Assembly: GCA_963667255.1 (NCBI GenBank)
Contig: OY762940.1
Coordinates: 1,184,001 to 1,248,000, forward strand
Source of the DNA: Candidatus Cloacimonadota bacterium
GTDB taxonomy: Bacteria; Cloacimonadota; Cloacimonadia; G963667145
DNA: 64,000 nt
Reading direction: 5' to 3'
Shown here: piece by piece, positions 40,634-49,433 of the stretch
Layout of the letters: every line of letters starts with the position of its first letter
Numbering within the stretch: the first letter of the stretch is position 1
Notes under the pieces: model-generated
Told to the model about the DNA's origin: nothing
Seen by the model: only the letters and a program-made list of their open reading frames with translations
The model's database searches: none
Translations under genes and position numbers: made by a program

Positions 40634-41917
40634 TTACTCTCCCTCATTTAGGTTAGTCTCTCTCAATAAACCTATTTCGCTTGGAATATCAAAATCATCA
40701 ACGGTTTCATTGTCATATAAGAACACAATTTTTTTTCCGCATTTATAAGCATATCCGATTTCAAGAGAGGTTTTTGTTCCTACATATTTGTCAAAGTTGC
40801 AAACTATAATCATGTCACATGTTTCAATTGCTTTTAAGTGAAGTGCTTCAACAGACCAAGTGCAACGGTTAATAATTTTATCATTTTTAAAAAGAATAAA
40901 ACCTTTCTCAGACCCAACCACTTCAGTATTTAATGGACTATCTACAGTAATACCTTGAGTTTTGAGCACGCCAATTAGCTTTGTAATTTTATCAAGTTGT
41001 TTATTAAAACTTCCGCAAATTACAACATTTTTTACCTCTTGAACATTTATTCCATCAATTAAATTTGAGTCTGAGGGAATTATTTTGTTTATCCCATATT
41101 GCATACAAATAGCTTGAGCTATTGCGGAACAAGCTCTTGCTCCATTCATCCAAGCCGGATTATTAGGCATCATATTACGCAAATCAGCAATTGTTATTTC
41201 AGAAAATATACGTTTATTCTGAATACAATAATTATCAATTGTAATCATTGATGGATGATTTTCATCATCAAAAATATTGTTTTTCTCTAAATAATATCCT
41301 GCAACGTTCATATATGTTAATTCTCCACCTGTATATATTGCAGTATCATATCTTCTATCAACAAAAGGAAGCATATTTGAAATATACTCAACTACTTCGC
41401 TTAAAGGAGTTGGGCTGTACTCTTCATTTATCGCGTTATATTTTTTTAGTATTGTTCCAACACCCAAAGATAACATTTTTCGTTCCGTTACGAAACCGTT
41501 ATTGTAAAAAATCAATTCCGTTGTTTTTCCTCCTATATTTATAATCACTAACTTATTCTTATAATCACAATTTCCTATCCATGCTTTTTCCAAATAAAAT
41601 GCCTCTAATTCATGTGAAACAATATTAAAAAAAAGTCGAGTCATAGTATAAAATTCTTCAATAAAAGCTTGCTTATTAGTAAGCTCTCTAAAAATTCCTG
41701 TAGCAAACAACTTAGTATTACTACGTGTAAGTGATAATTCTTCTATCGTTTCATTAAAAAACGAGTACATGTTTTCTTTATTCAGACTTGATAAACCTAT
41801 CGCTGAGTCAAATTCATCCTTAAAATCAAATGTTTTCGCTTTAATAAGTTTTACTCTTACCCCATCATGTGTATATATTTTTACAGTTGAAGATCCTACA
41901 TCAATTAAATATTTCAT
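40634..41917 (-). CDS. Ppx/GppA-like ASKHA domain fused to nucleoside 2-deoxyribosyltransferase-like (NDT) domain
   Basis: IDVGSSTVK, FATGIFRE, VSHELEA, INIGGKTTE, TGG, SNLIDG (Ppx/GppA-NTPDase-like); C-terminal VVICGSF...HLKAI..CD...GTKTSLEIGYA...K (NDT-like); ATG at 41917 after TAAGGA. Confidence 0.72.
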   Translation of the reverse strand: MKYLIDVGSSTVKIYTHDGVRVKLIKAKTFDFKDEFDSAIGLSSLNKENMYSFFNETIEELSLTRSNTKLFATGIFRELTNKQAFIEEFYTMTRLFFNIVSHELEAFYLEKAWIGNCDYKNKLVIINIGGKTTELIFYNNGFVTERKMLSLGVGTILKKYNAINEEYSPTPLSEVVEYISNMLPFVDRRYDTAIYTGGELTYMNVAGYYLEKNNIFDDENHPSMITIDNYCIQNKRIFSEITIADLRNMMPNNPAWMNGARACSAIAQAICMQYGINKIIPSDSNLIDGINVQEVKNVVICGSFNKQLDKITKLIGVLKTQGITVDSPLNTEVVGSEKGFILFKNDKIINRCTWSVEALHLKAIETCDMIIVCNFDKYVGTKTSLEIGYAYKCGKKIVFLYDNETVDDFDIPSEIGLLRETNLNEGE

Positions 41918-41954
41918 TTTTTCATCCTTAGTTATTGTTTTTTTCCGTAATAAG

Positions 41955-44072
41955 TTAATCAATATTTTCTATTGGCCAATATTCTTTTGGAATGAATGAT
42001 AATTGCACATCCTCAATTGGCTTTTGCCAAAATGCAATTGTTTTCCTTAAGGCATATGCATAATATATTTCGCATTTTGTCGATTCCCCTATATATCCAT
42101 TATTATATTTATTACATATAAAAAGGACATCACAATCATCTATTGCTGTTAAGTGTTCATACTCTGTGTCGGGAGAAATATCTTTTTTTAACTTTCCCTT
42201 TCGATCAAATTTTGGGCTTAATACCTTAACATCTTTCATTTCTTCCATTTTTTTACTGGCTTTATACAAGTATTTAGTTCCTTTATCATGAGTAGTCCCA
42301 CTAATTACAATATTAAAAACATACGCATTTATATTTGCACTAATAGTTAAATCGTCTTTCGGAATTACTATCTTATTATTTAGCTTATCAAGAATAGTTT
42401 CAATAATTATATGTCCAAATTTGAAGCCATGTAGTCTTTTCACCATTGTTTCATCGTCATACTCTTTTTTTAAGGACTCTAAATAATTTGCAGAAAATAA
42501 CGCTTCTCTATTATGAATTTTATATTCATCTTGAGAAAGACATTGCTCATTTGCATTTTGCTTTAGTCGATATCCCATTTCATTCATAAATTTCAATTCA
42601 CCCTTTAGTATAATCGCTTGATTAATCTTTACTCCATCTAGCGATGATTCTATTTTATTTTCTATAAATTTCTTTATTTTATTAATTGAGTTATCATCCC
42701 ATACTTCCGATGCAATATTAGTGGATACATAAGTTTGAACATCTTTTATCGTTACTAATAAATTGTACTCATGATATTCTTTTCCAGAATAATATAAAAT
42801 ATCTGTGCAATGAGAACCTATATTAATTATTGCCGTCCCATCACTTAAATTTCCAAACAAACGATCAATGTTTTCAGTTGTTTTCTCTTTAGAGATAATA
42901 TTAAAATACAGATTTGTTTCTTTATAGAATTTCCGGATAACATCTTTTAACTTTTTAGGCTCATTTTCGTTAAATATTTCCCCAAATCTATAATCTACGA
43001 AAACTTTTCTCAGCATTTGAGAATCATTTTTATGTACTTTCTCTGATTGTAATAAGGATTTTACGCAAGCTATAATTTCATCGAGATGAAAATTGTCTTT
43101 AAAAACATCACAGTTATAGCTTATCATCTCAAGTTCCTTAGAATTATCTTTGTCTATAATTTCAAAAAGACGACATGATGTTGTTCCAATGTTTATAAAG
43201 TAACCTAATGGTCCAGCTACTTTTTTAGGTTTTTTATTCATATTATTTTGTTGTTTTTTTTTTTGCGTAATGCTTCCTGTTGATATGTTTCTTTTTTTGG
43301 GCAATTTATCAAATGCATTTTTTTTTAAAAACACGTGTTCTAATAATGATACAGCTGCCTTTGAAGCCATAATTTGATTTTTTTCTTTGTTCGGATTTTC
43401 TTTATTTACTCCCCAATCACAAATCGCTTTTACAATTATCCATTCGTCCATTCTTGCTTTTTTGCATGCAGCATAAGCCCCACGTCCTTCCATTTCTCCA
43501 CCAATTGCACGTGGTGCATCCTTAAAAAGTTTTTTCTTGTAGACAAGATCATCTACAACTTTATTTCCTGATAGAATCATTCCAAATTCACATTTTAATT
43601 TTCTTGAGCCACTATAGTTCTCCCATGTTTTTGAGTAATTCTTAAAAACTGATAATAATGTTTCTCCTGCCTCTGCTCTTACTCCATCAGATAGGAATTT
43701 TCCATTTGTTATTTTACCACTTTCACAATCTACCATAATTTCTGATATTAAAACATCTCCAATATGTTGCTTAGGGTTTTTTTCATTTCCGTTCTCTTTA
43801 CCAAATGCAATTCCAAGCAAAATTACAGCATCTGGTTCCCACCCTTTAATAGCCGCATTAATTGAAAATAATGCAGCTCCTGTTTTTGCTGTTCCTTTAT
43901 TTTGCAATTCAAAATGAATTATATCATAATTCCCTATTTCCCCAACATTATAAAAATTGTTATCATCGGTGGCTTTAGCCCGCTGATTCTTTTCGTAATT
44001 AAAATTTTTACAATTTAGTAATGCATTTGTTTCATGATTGTTCGCCGTTACAAGTAGAAATCGTTTCTTCAT
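41955..44072 (-). CDS. PNP/MTA-SAH nucleosidase-like domain + degenerate Ppx/GppA-like ASKHA domain + NDT-like domain
   Basis: LVTA...E, LLGIAFG, GDVLIS, SGNKVV, GEMEGRG, VKAICDW (PNP_UDP_1); INIGTTSCR and INIGSHCTD (ASKHA); IVISG...HLTAIDDCD...GESTKCEIYYA (NDT-like); ATG at 44072 after AGGAGA. Confidence 0.75.
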   Translation of the reverse strand: MKKRFLLVTANNHETNALLNCKNFNYEKNQRAKATDDNNFYNVGEIGNYDIIHFELQNKGTAKTGAALFSINAAIKGWEPDAVILLGIAFGKENGNEKNPKQHIGDVLISEIMVDCESGKITNGKFLSDGVRAEAGETLLSVFKNYSKTWENYSGSRKLKCEFGMILSGNKVVDDLVYKKKLFKDAPRAIGGEMEGRGAYAACKKARMDEWIIVKAICDWGVNKENPNKEKNQIMASKAAVSLLEHVFLKKNAFDKLPKKRNISTGSITQKKKQQNNMNKKPKKVAGPLGYFINIGTTSCRLFEIIDKDNSKELEMISYNCDVFKDNFHLDEIIACVKSLLQSEKVHKNDSQMLRKVFVDYRFGEIFNENEPKKLKDVIRKFYKETNLYFNIISKEKTTENIDRLFGNLSDGTAIINIGSHCTDILYYSGKEYHEYNLLVTIKDVQTYVSTNIASEVWDDNSINKIKKFIENKIESSLDGVKINQAIILKGELKFMNEMGYRLKQNANEQCLSQDEYKIHNREALFSANYLESLKKEYDDETMVKRLHGFKFGHIIIETILDKLNNKIVIPKDDLTISANINAYVFNIVISGTTHDKGTKYLYKASKKMEEMKDVKVLSPKFDRKGKLKKDISPDTEYEHLTAIDDCDVLFICNKYNNGYIGESTKCEIYYAYALRKTIAFWQKPIEDVQLSFIPKEYWPIENID

Positions 44073-44376
44073 AAGCCATTCTCCTCTCAAAATATAGTAC
44101 CTGTCTATTTAATTTCAAATTAAAATATTTTGCATTTATGTTGTTTTGTTTTTTAATATTTATCTTAATTTCCCTTCCAAATTGTACACAACATTTAAAT
44201 AACCTCAACTGTGTTTATTTATCCAAATTGGGAGGGATAAACACAATTGCCTTTATTTTCCTTTATATTTTTATTCACAATAAAAAAGTTAAGTTTTCTT
44301 TGTCAACTCATATTTCCTTGACTGATTTTTCCTTTTAATCTTCTTAAAATCACTATCTAAATCAAGGAAAATTTAA

Positions 44377-44916
44377 ATGAATTGTATAGAAATTGCCCTT
44401 AAACACATTCGCCAAGATTTGTGGGATTCGTATTTTGTTCATTCTGTTTTGGTTACGCAGATGTCTTTGGAGATTGCGGAGAATTTGAATTTGGACGAAG
44501 CAATCAAACAGTTTATCCGAGAAGCTGCTATGCTCCACGATATAGGTATCGGAGAAGTGAGTATGGACAAGAAAAATCCGCAAAACAAGCCACCATACAT
44601 CACTCACGGACTCGTTGGTTTTCGGATTTTGAGCGAATTGGGCTACCCCAAGCACGCACTCGTCTGTCGCAATCACATCGGTGTAGGGCTTACCAAGGAG
44701 ATTATCTTGCGGAACGGATTTCCTTTGCCTGCTGAGGATATGACACCATCTACCTTACCTGAAGAGATAATCACTTATGCGGACTTGTTTTTTAGCAAAA
44801 GCAATCCTTTCAAAAAGAGGAGTTTTGCCGAGGTTGTGAAGAAAATAGAAACCTACGGGCAAGAGCAATTAGACAAATTTCATCAACTGCATAAAAAATT
44901 TTCTTCGCTCAAATAA
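44377..44916 (+). CDS. HD-domain (HDIG) phosphohydrolase
   Basis: HS, AMLHDIG, HG..G, H.G.G, EEIITYAD. Confidence 0.88.
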   Translation: MNCIEIALKHIRQDLWDSYFVHSVLVTQMSLEIAENLNLDEAIKQFIREAAMLHDIGIGEVSMDKKNPQNKPPYITHGLVGFRILSELGYPKHALVCRNHIGVGLTKEIILRNGFPLPAEDMTPSTLPEEIITYADLFFSKSNPFKKRSFAEVVKKIETYGQEQLDKFHQLHKKFSSLK

Positions 44917-44949
44917 AAAAGGCTTTCTCATCTTTCGATAAAAAAGCCT
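44915..44949 (-). terminator. Probable intrinsic terminator of fusA
   Basis: Imperfect hairpin AGGCTTT...AAAGCCT with A6 tract (U-tract on - strand). Confidence 0.6.
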
Positions 44950-44968
44950 AAACTATTTTAAAAGCTAA

Positions 44969-47047
44969 TTACTTTTTAGCCTCTTTGTTTTTTTGGATTT
45001 CAGCCAAAATGTCATCTTCCAAGTTTCTCGGCACTCTCTCGTAACGGTCAAACTCGATAGAAAGCTCGGCTTTACCTTGGGTGTTAGACCTCAGAGCAGT
45101 TCCGTATCCGAAGATTTCTGACAAAGGAATCTCGCCAACTACGATGGCAAGGTGCTCCTCGTCTCTTGTCTCCAACACGGTTCCTCTTCTTTGGTTGATA
45201 CTTGTCAGCACCGCACCGCGAAATTCGATAGGAACATCGATGGAAACTTTCATCATCGGCTCAAGGATAGCAGGAACAGCTTTCTTGTAATTCTCTCTGA
45301 TGGCAGATTTTGTGGCAAGCTCAAAAGCAAGTTGTGAAGAGTCAACCGGATGGAAATCACCATCGTTGATGATCATCTTGATGCCAACAGCAGGGAAACC
45401 TGTGTAGTAGCCTTCTTCCATCATTGCATTAAACCCTTTTTCACAGCCTGGGAAATAGTTGGATGGAATAGCACCACCTTTGATATCTGTCTCGAAAACA
45501 TTGTCATCGCTACCACTTGGCGAGATAATTCCCATAATTTTAGCGTATTGACCGCGTCCACCAGATTGTTTTTTGTGGATGTATTCAAAAGGAATTTCTT
45601 TGGTAATGGTCTCACGATAAGCAACTTGAGGCTTGCCCACTTCCAATTCCACGCCATATTCTCGCTTCATTCTCTCGATGTAAACATCCAAGTGAAGCTC
45701 GCCAATGCCTTGGATAATCGTCTCGGAAGTCTCTTCGTCAAGGTAAGATTTGAAAGTCAAATCCTCTTTGGTAAACCTGTTCAAAGCCTTTGCCATATTG
45801 GTTTGAGACTTGTTGTCTTTTGGCTTGATAGACAAAGAGATAATCGGCTCAGGGATGTGAGAGGCACGCAATCTGTAGTGAATGCTTGGGTCGGTAAAGG
45901 TGTCGCCCAGTGCACAATCAACCCCGAAAATAGCACCGATATCGCCGGCTTTGAGCTCGTTCAACTCTATCATCTCGTCAGCGTGCATTTTGGCAAGTCG
46001 TCCGACTTTCACTTTTTTTCTGGTTCTGTTGTTGATAATCTCGTCGCCTTTTTTGATAGCACCTTGATACAGTCTGATGTAAGTCAGCTGACCGTATTGT
46101 TGGTTTTCCAATTTGAAAGCGTAAGCGACAGTAGGGTCGGACTCGTTCATACTTAACACAACGGTAGCATCATCGTTGTTCACATCGAAACCTTCGTTGC
46201 AGATTTCCGTAGGGTTTGGCAAATAACTTGTGATAGCCTCAAGAAGTGGTTGCACACCTTTGTTTTTGAAAGCGGAACCCATGAAAACAGGAGTAATCTT
46301 ATCGTTGATAACACCAAATCTAACGACTTTTTTTATCAGCTCGGGAGTTTCCGTCCCTTCCAATATGGCTTCTGCCAAATCGTCGTCCAACATGGAAAGT
46401 TCATCCAACATTTTTTCGCGATACTCTGCAGCTTGGTCAGCCAAGTCACTGGGGATATCTTCGTAGCGGATTTTTTCACCGTTTTCACCGTCAAAATATG
46501 TTGCTTTCATTTTTATCAAATCAACAATACCTTTGAAGTCATCTTCTTTGCCGATAGGGATTTGCATCATTATGGCGTTTCTTCCCAATTTTTCGCGTAA
46601 CATCTCTGTCACACGGAAAGGATTTGCTCCGATTCTGTCTAATTTATTGATAAAAGCTATATTTGGCACATTGTTGCGGGACAATTGTCTATCCACAGTA
46701 AAAGACTGAGATTGCACTCCACCAACTCCGCAAAGCACTAAGATAGCACCGTCCAAAACCCTAAGAGCGTTTTCCACCTCCACGGTAAAGTCCACATGCC
46801 CGGGTGTATCGATAATATTGATGTCGGTCTCTCCCCAACTGACATAGGTAGCCGCAGAAGCTATCGTAATTCCTCTCTCTCTCTCCAACTCCATTGAGTC
46901 CATTTTTGCTCCGACGCCGTCTTTGCCCTTAACCTCCGAGATTTTGTGTATCTTATTGCAATAGAACAAGATTCTTTCGGTAAGGGTAGTTTTGCCGGAA
47001 TCAATGTGAGCACTAATACCAATATTTCTAGTTTTTTCTAAGTTCAT
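44969..47047 (-). CDS. fusA: Elongation factor G (spirochaete/mitochondrial EF-G1-like)
   Basis: [45 protein letters not shown]. Confidence 0.95.
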   Translation of the reverse strand: MNLEKTRNIGISAHIDSGKTTLTERILFYCNKIHKISEVKGKDGVGAKMDSMELERERGITIASAATYVSWGETDINIIDTPGHVDFTVEVENALRVLDGAILVLCGVGGVQSQSFTVDRQLSRNNVPNIAFINKLDRIGANPFRVTEMLREKLGRNAIMMQIPIGKEDDFKGIVDLIKMKATYFDGENGEKIRYEDIPSDLADQAAEYREKMLDELSMLDDDLAEAILEGTETPELIKKVVRFGVINDKITPVFMGSAFKNKGVQPLLEAITSYLPNPTEICNEGFDVNNDDATVVLSMNESDPTVAYAFKLENQQYGQLTYIRLYQGAIKKGDEIINNRTRKKVKVGRLAKMHADEMIELNELKAGDIGAIFGVDCALGDTFTDPSIHYRLRASHIPEPIISLSIKPKDNKSQTNMAKALNRFTKEDLTFKSYLDEETSETIIQGIGELHLDVYIERMKREYGVELEVGKPQVAYRETITKEIPFEYIHKKQSGGRGQYAKIMGIISPSGSDDNVFETDIKGGAIPSNYFPGCEKGFNAMMEEGYYTGFPAVGIKMIINDGDFHPVDSSQLAFELATKSAIRENYKKAVPAILEPMMKVSIDVPIEFRGAVLTSINQRRGTVLETRDEEHLAIVVGEIPLSEIFGYGTALRSNTQGKAELSIEFDRYERVPRNLEDDILAEIQKNKEAKK

Positions 47048-47142
47048 ATAGCTTTTCCTTTTTGATTATCCATTATGTTGACACAACTTTTTTTTGAGGT
47101 CTTAAAAGTCAAGAGAAATTGCCGACTAATTTGACAGCGATT

Positions 47143-47988
47143 TTATTGATTAACAGTCCTTTTGGCAGTAAAAGGTGTGGCAAATTTCAACGCTCCGGTC
47201 GGGCAACTTTTTACGCAATCCCCACACCTTATACATTCAAAGTTTTTTTGATTTTCCCTTATGTCGATGTCCATTTTGCAAACGCTTTCGCATTTATGAC
47301 AGTCTATACACTTGCTTTGTGAAAAATCAATTTGCAGAAAGGAGATTTTGTTGGTCAAAGCATATAGAGCTCCCAGCGGACAAACGGTTTTGCAAAAAAA
47401 TCGGTAATATCTGATGCTGAGCAACGAGAACATAACTAAGAGCGACACCTTGAAATAAAACAGCACACCGATTAATCTTTGCAGATTAGGGATTAGAAAC
47501 AACAGTGGAATGCCGGCTTCCAGAGTGCCTGCGGGGCAAATGTATTTGCAAAATGTTGGATTGCTGAGCCCAAACTCGTCTTGCCAAAAAATTGGTAGAA
47601 TGATAACAAAAATCAGCAAAATCAAATATTTGAAATAAGACAGTTTTTTGTTGAGCTTACTCTTAGCAGAGGGTATTTTATACAGCAAATCCTGATATAG
47701 CCCAAACGGGCAAACCCATCCACAAATTGCTCTTCCCAAGATGCCGCCAAAAAGCAGAATAAAACCCGAAGCATAAAAACTGAAACTGTATTTAAAGTTG
47801 GTGACAACCGATTGAAAAGCTCCGATTGGACAAGAGCCGGTAGCAGCAGGACAACTATAACAATTAAGCCCGGGAACGCACACTTTTTTGAAAGAGCCTT
47901 TATAGATAAGCTTGGTAAAAAATCCTTTCAGATGCAAATTTTGCAAGAGAGCAAAGAAAATTTGAACAACCGTTCTTCTATCCGACAC
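47143..47988 (-). CDS. Membrane 4Fe-4S-binding protein (NapH/MauN-like)
   Basis: CVPGLNCYSCP..GSCPIG, CGWVCPFG, FCKYICPAG, FCK..CPLG, two CxxCxxCxxxC ferredoxin motifs. Confidence 0.85.
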   Translation of the reverse strand: MSDRRTVVQIFFALLQNLHLKGFFTKLIYKGSFKKVCVPGLNCYSCPAATGSCPIGAFQSVVTNFKYSFSFYASGFILLFGGILGRAICGWVCPFGLYQDLLYKIPSAKSKLNKKLSYFKYLILLIFVIILPIFWQDEFGLSNPTFCKYICPAGTLEAGIPLLFLIPNLQRLIGVLFYFKVSLLVMFSLLSIRYYRFFCKTVCPLGALYALTNKISFLQIDFSQSKCIDCHKCESVCKMDIDIRENQKNFECIRCGDCVKSCPTGALKFATPFTAKRTVNQ

Positions 47989-48106
47989 CGATGCACTCCA
48001 AGCAGATATTGATTGCCTTCAAAAATACAGAGAGATGTTCAAGCCTGTAGAAACCGAAAACAACGAAGAGAAGAGCAATCAGAAGAAACAGAAAACCTCT
48101 TTTCAT
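47978..48106 (-). CDS. Small membrane CXXC protein (CD1871A-like), missing from ORF track
   Basis: Manual translation MKRGFLFLLIALLFVVFGFYRLEHLSVFLKAINICLECIGVG*; fills gap between TlpA-like gene and 4Fe-4S gene. Confidence 0.8.
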   Translation of the reverse strand: MKRGFLFLLIALLFVVFGFYRLEHLSVFLKAINICLECIGVG

Positions 48107-48109
48107 TAT

Positions 48110-49096
48110 CTATTTTAAAAGTTTCTCTATGTTTCTTTTGTATCCTTCGACATCCGCTCCAACAATTATCTCTCCTACAACAACGCTGTTTCTATTTACA
48201 AAAAAAGTGGTAGGGACAGCAGAAATAAATCTCAAAACTTTATCGTTCATGCCACTGTTCGGGACAAGGTTAGTGAAGTCAATCTTGAGCTTCTTCACCA
48301 TTGATATAGCGGTTTCTTCGTTATTGTTGGCATCGATTACTATTCCCACGATAGCAAAATCTTCATATTCGTCGTTTAGCTCGATTAGCTCCGGCATCTC
48401 TTTTATACACGGATTGCAATAAGTCCCCCAAACATTTACCATAGTGATTTTGTTTTGTTTGAACAAATCCAAGGAGTTTACCGCATTTCCCTCTAAATCT
48501 TCAGCCTGAAAATCTATTTTGCCACTGAGAGAATTAGCTGGGTTTCCAGGTTGCTCGGGATTTTTCGGAGTAAATGTTTTCACAGACTTTCTTATTTTAT
48601 CAAAAATCGAAAAATATTGTTTGTATTTTTCTCCGTAATTTTCGTCTATCCCTTGGGAATTATCGGCTTTGCAAAAGAGGATATTGTATTTTTCGTTTTT
48701 TCCAATTTTTTTCAATTTGTCCCAGTTTTCAGTCTTCAAATTTTCAAATTGCGAAGAGCTATTTTCACAAACAACAATTCTACTCAAACTATAGGATTCC
48801 GCCAAAATCTGAGGTAGTGTTTCAAGACTTAACTTGTTGTCTTTCGCTAGATTTTCTCTTATTTTTTTGGCATCGTCTGGCATAAAATAGAAAGCAATCT
48901 CAAAATAATCGCCGTTGTTATCCGATTTCTGAATGGGAACGATGATGATATCTTGTGCTTTGTTCCACTCTTCGGGAATCTCAAAACTAAACCCCATGAC
49001 ATCAACGGGAATTTTGGTCATTTTGATATTGTCCGCTTTTGAGCTACAGCCCAACAAAAAAAGTAAAAATATCGAGAAGATTCTTAAAAATTTCAT
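48110..49096 (-). CDS. Lipoprotein with C-terminal TlpA-family thiol-disulfide oxidoreductase domain
   Basis: Lipobox LLGC; NVWGTYCNPCIKEMPEL; VPTTFFV. Confidence 0.85.
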   Translation of the reverse strand: MKFLRIFSIFLLFLLGCSSKADNIKMTKIPVDVMGFSFEIPEEWNKAQDIIIVPIQKSDNNGDYFEIAFYFMPDDAKKIRENLAKDNKLSLETLPQILAESYSLSRIVVCENSSSQFENLKTENWDKLKKIGKNEKYNILFCKADNSQGIDENYGEKYKQYFSIFDKIRKSVKTFTPKNPEQPGNPANSLSGKIDFQAEDLEGNAVNSLDLFKQNKITMVNVWGTYCNPCIKEMPELIELNDEYEDFAIVGIVIDANNNEETAISMVKKLKIDFTNLVPNSGMNDKVLRFISAVPTTFFVNRNSVVVGEIIVGADVEGYKRNIEKLLK

Positions 49097-49118
49097 AACA
49101 CCTCTTTTAAATAAAAAT

Positions 49119-49433
49119 TTACATCAACCCAGGGATGTTCATTCCGCCGGTAATTGCCGACATGCTTTCCTGCGATTTCGCTTCGATTTGCGATTTGGCA
49201 TCATTTATAGCCGTGATTATCATATCTTGCAACATCTCCACATCGCTGGGGTCTACAGCCTCAGGGTCTATTTTTAGCCCTGTAATGTCAAAACTTCCGT
49301 TCATGGAAACCTCTATCATTCCGCCACCGCTGGTAGCAGTAACAACGGTATTCTTGGTTTCCTCTTGAGCTTTCAAAAGTTCTCGTTGCATTTTTTGAGC
49401 TTGTTTCAGCATCTTATTTATGTTCTTATTCAT
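49119..49433 (-). CDS. ybaB: YbaB/EbfC nucleoid-associated protein
   Basis: KQAQKMQ, SGGG.IEV..NG, IDP....D.EMLQD.I..A.NDA. Confidence 0.93.
   Translation of the reverse strand: MNKNINKMLKQAQKMQRELLKAQEETKNTVVTATSGGGMIEVSMNGSFDITGLKIDPEAVDPSDVEMLQDMIITAINDAKSQIEAKSQESMSAITGGMNIPGLM

Noticed and set aside
44138..44338. 66-aa + strand ORF upstream of island
   Set aside because: Low-complexity AT-rich intergenic sequence, no RBS or motif
44377..44916. HD-domain gene as third component of the PNP/ASKHA/NDT system
   Set aside because: Divergently oriented, host-like base composition and outside the putative island boundary; not excluded without neighbourhood data
45350..46156. 268-aa + strand ORF
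   Set aside because: Antisense shadow of fusA with no recognisable motifs
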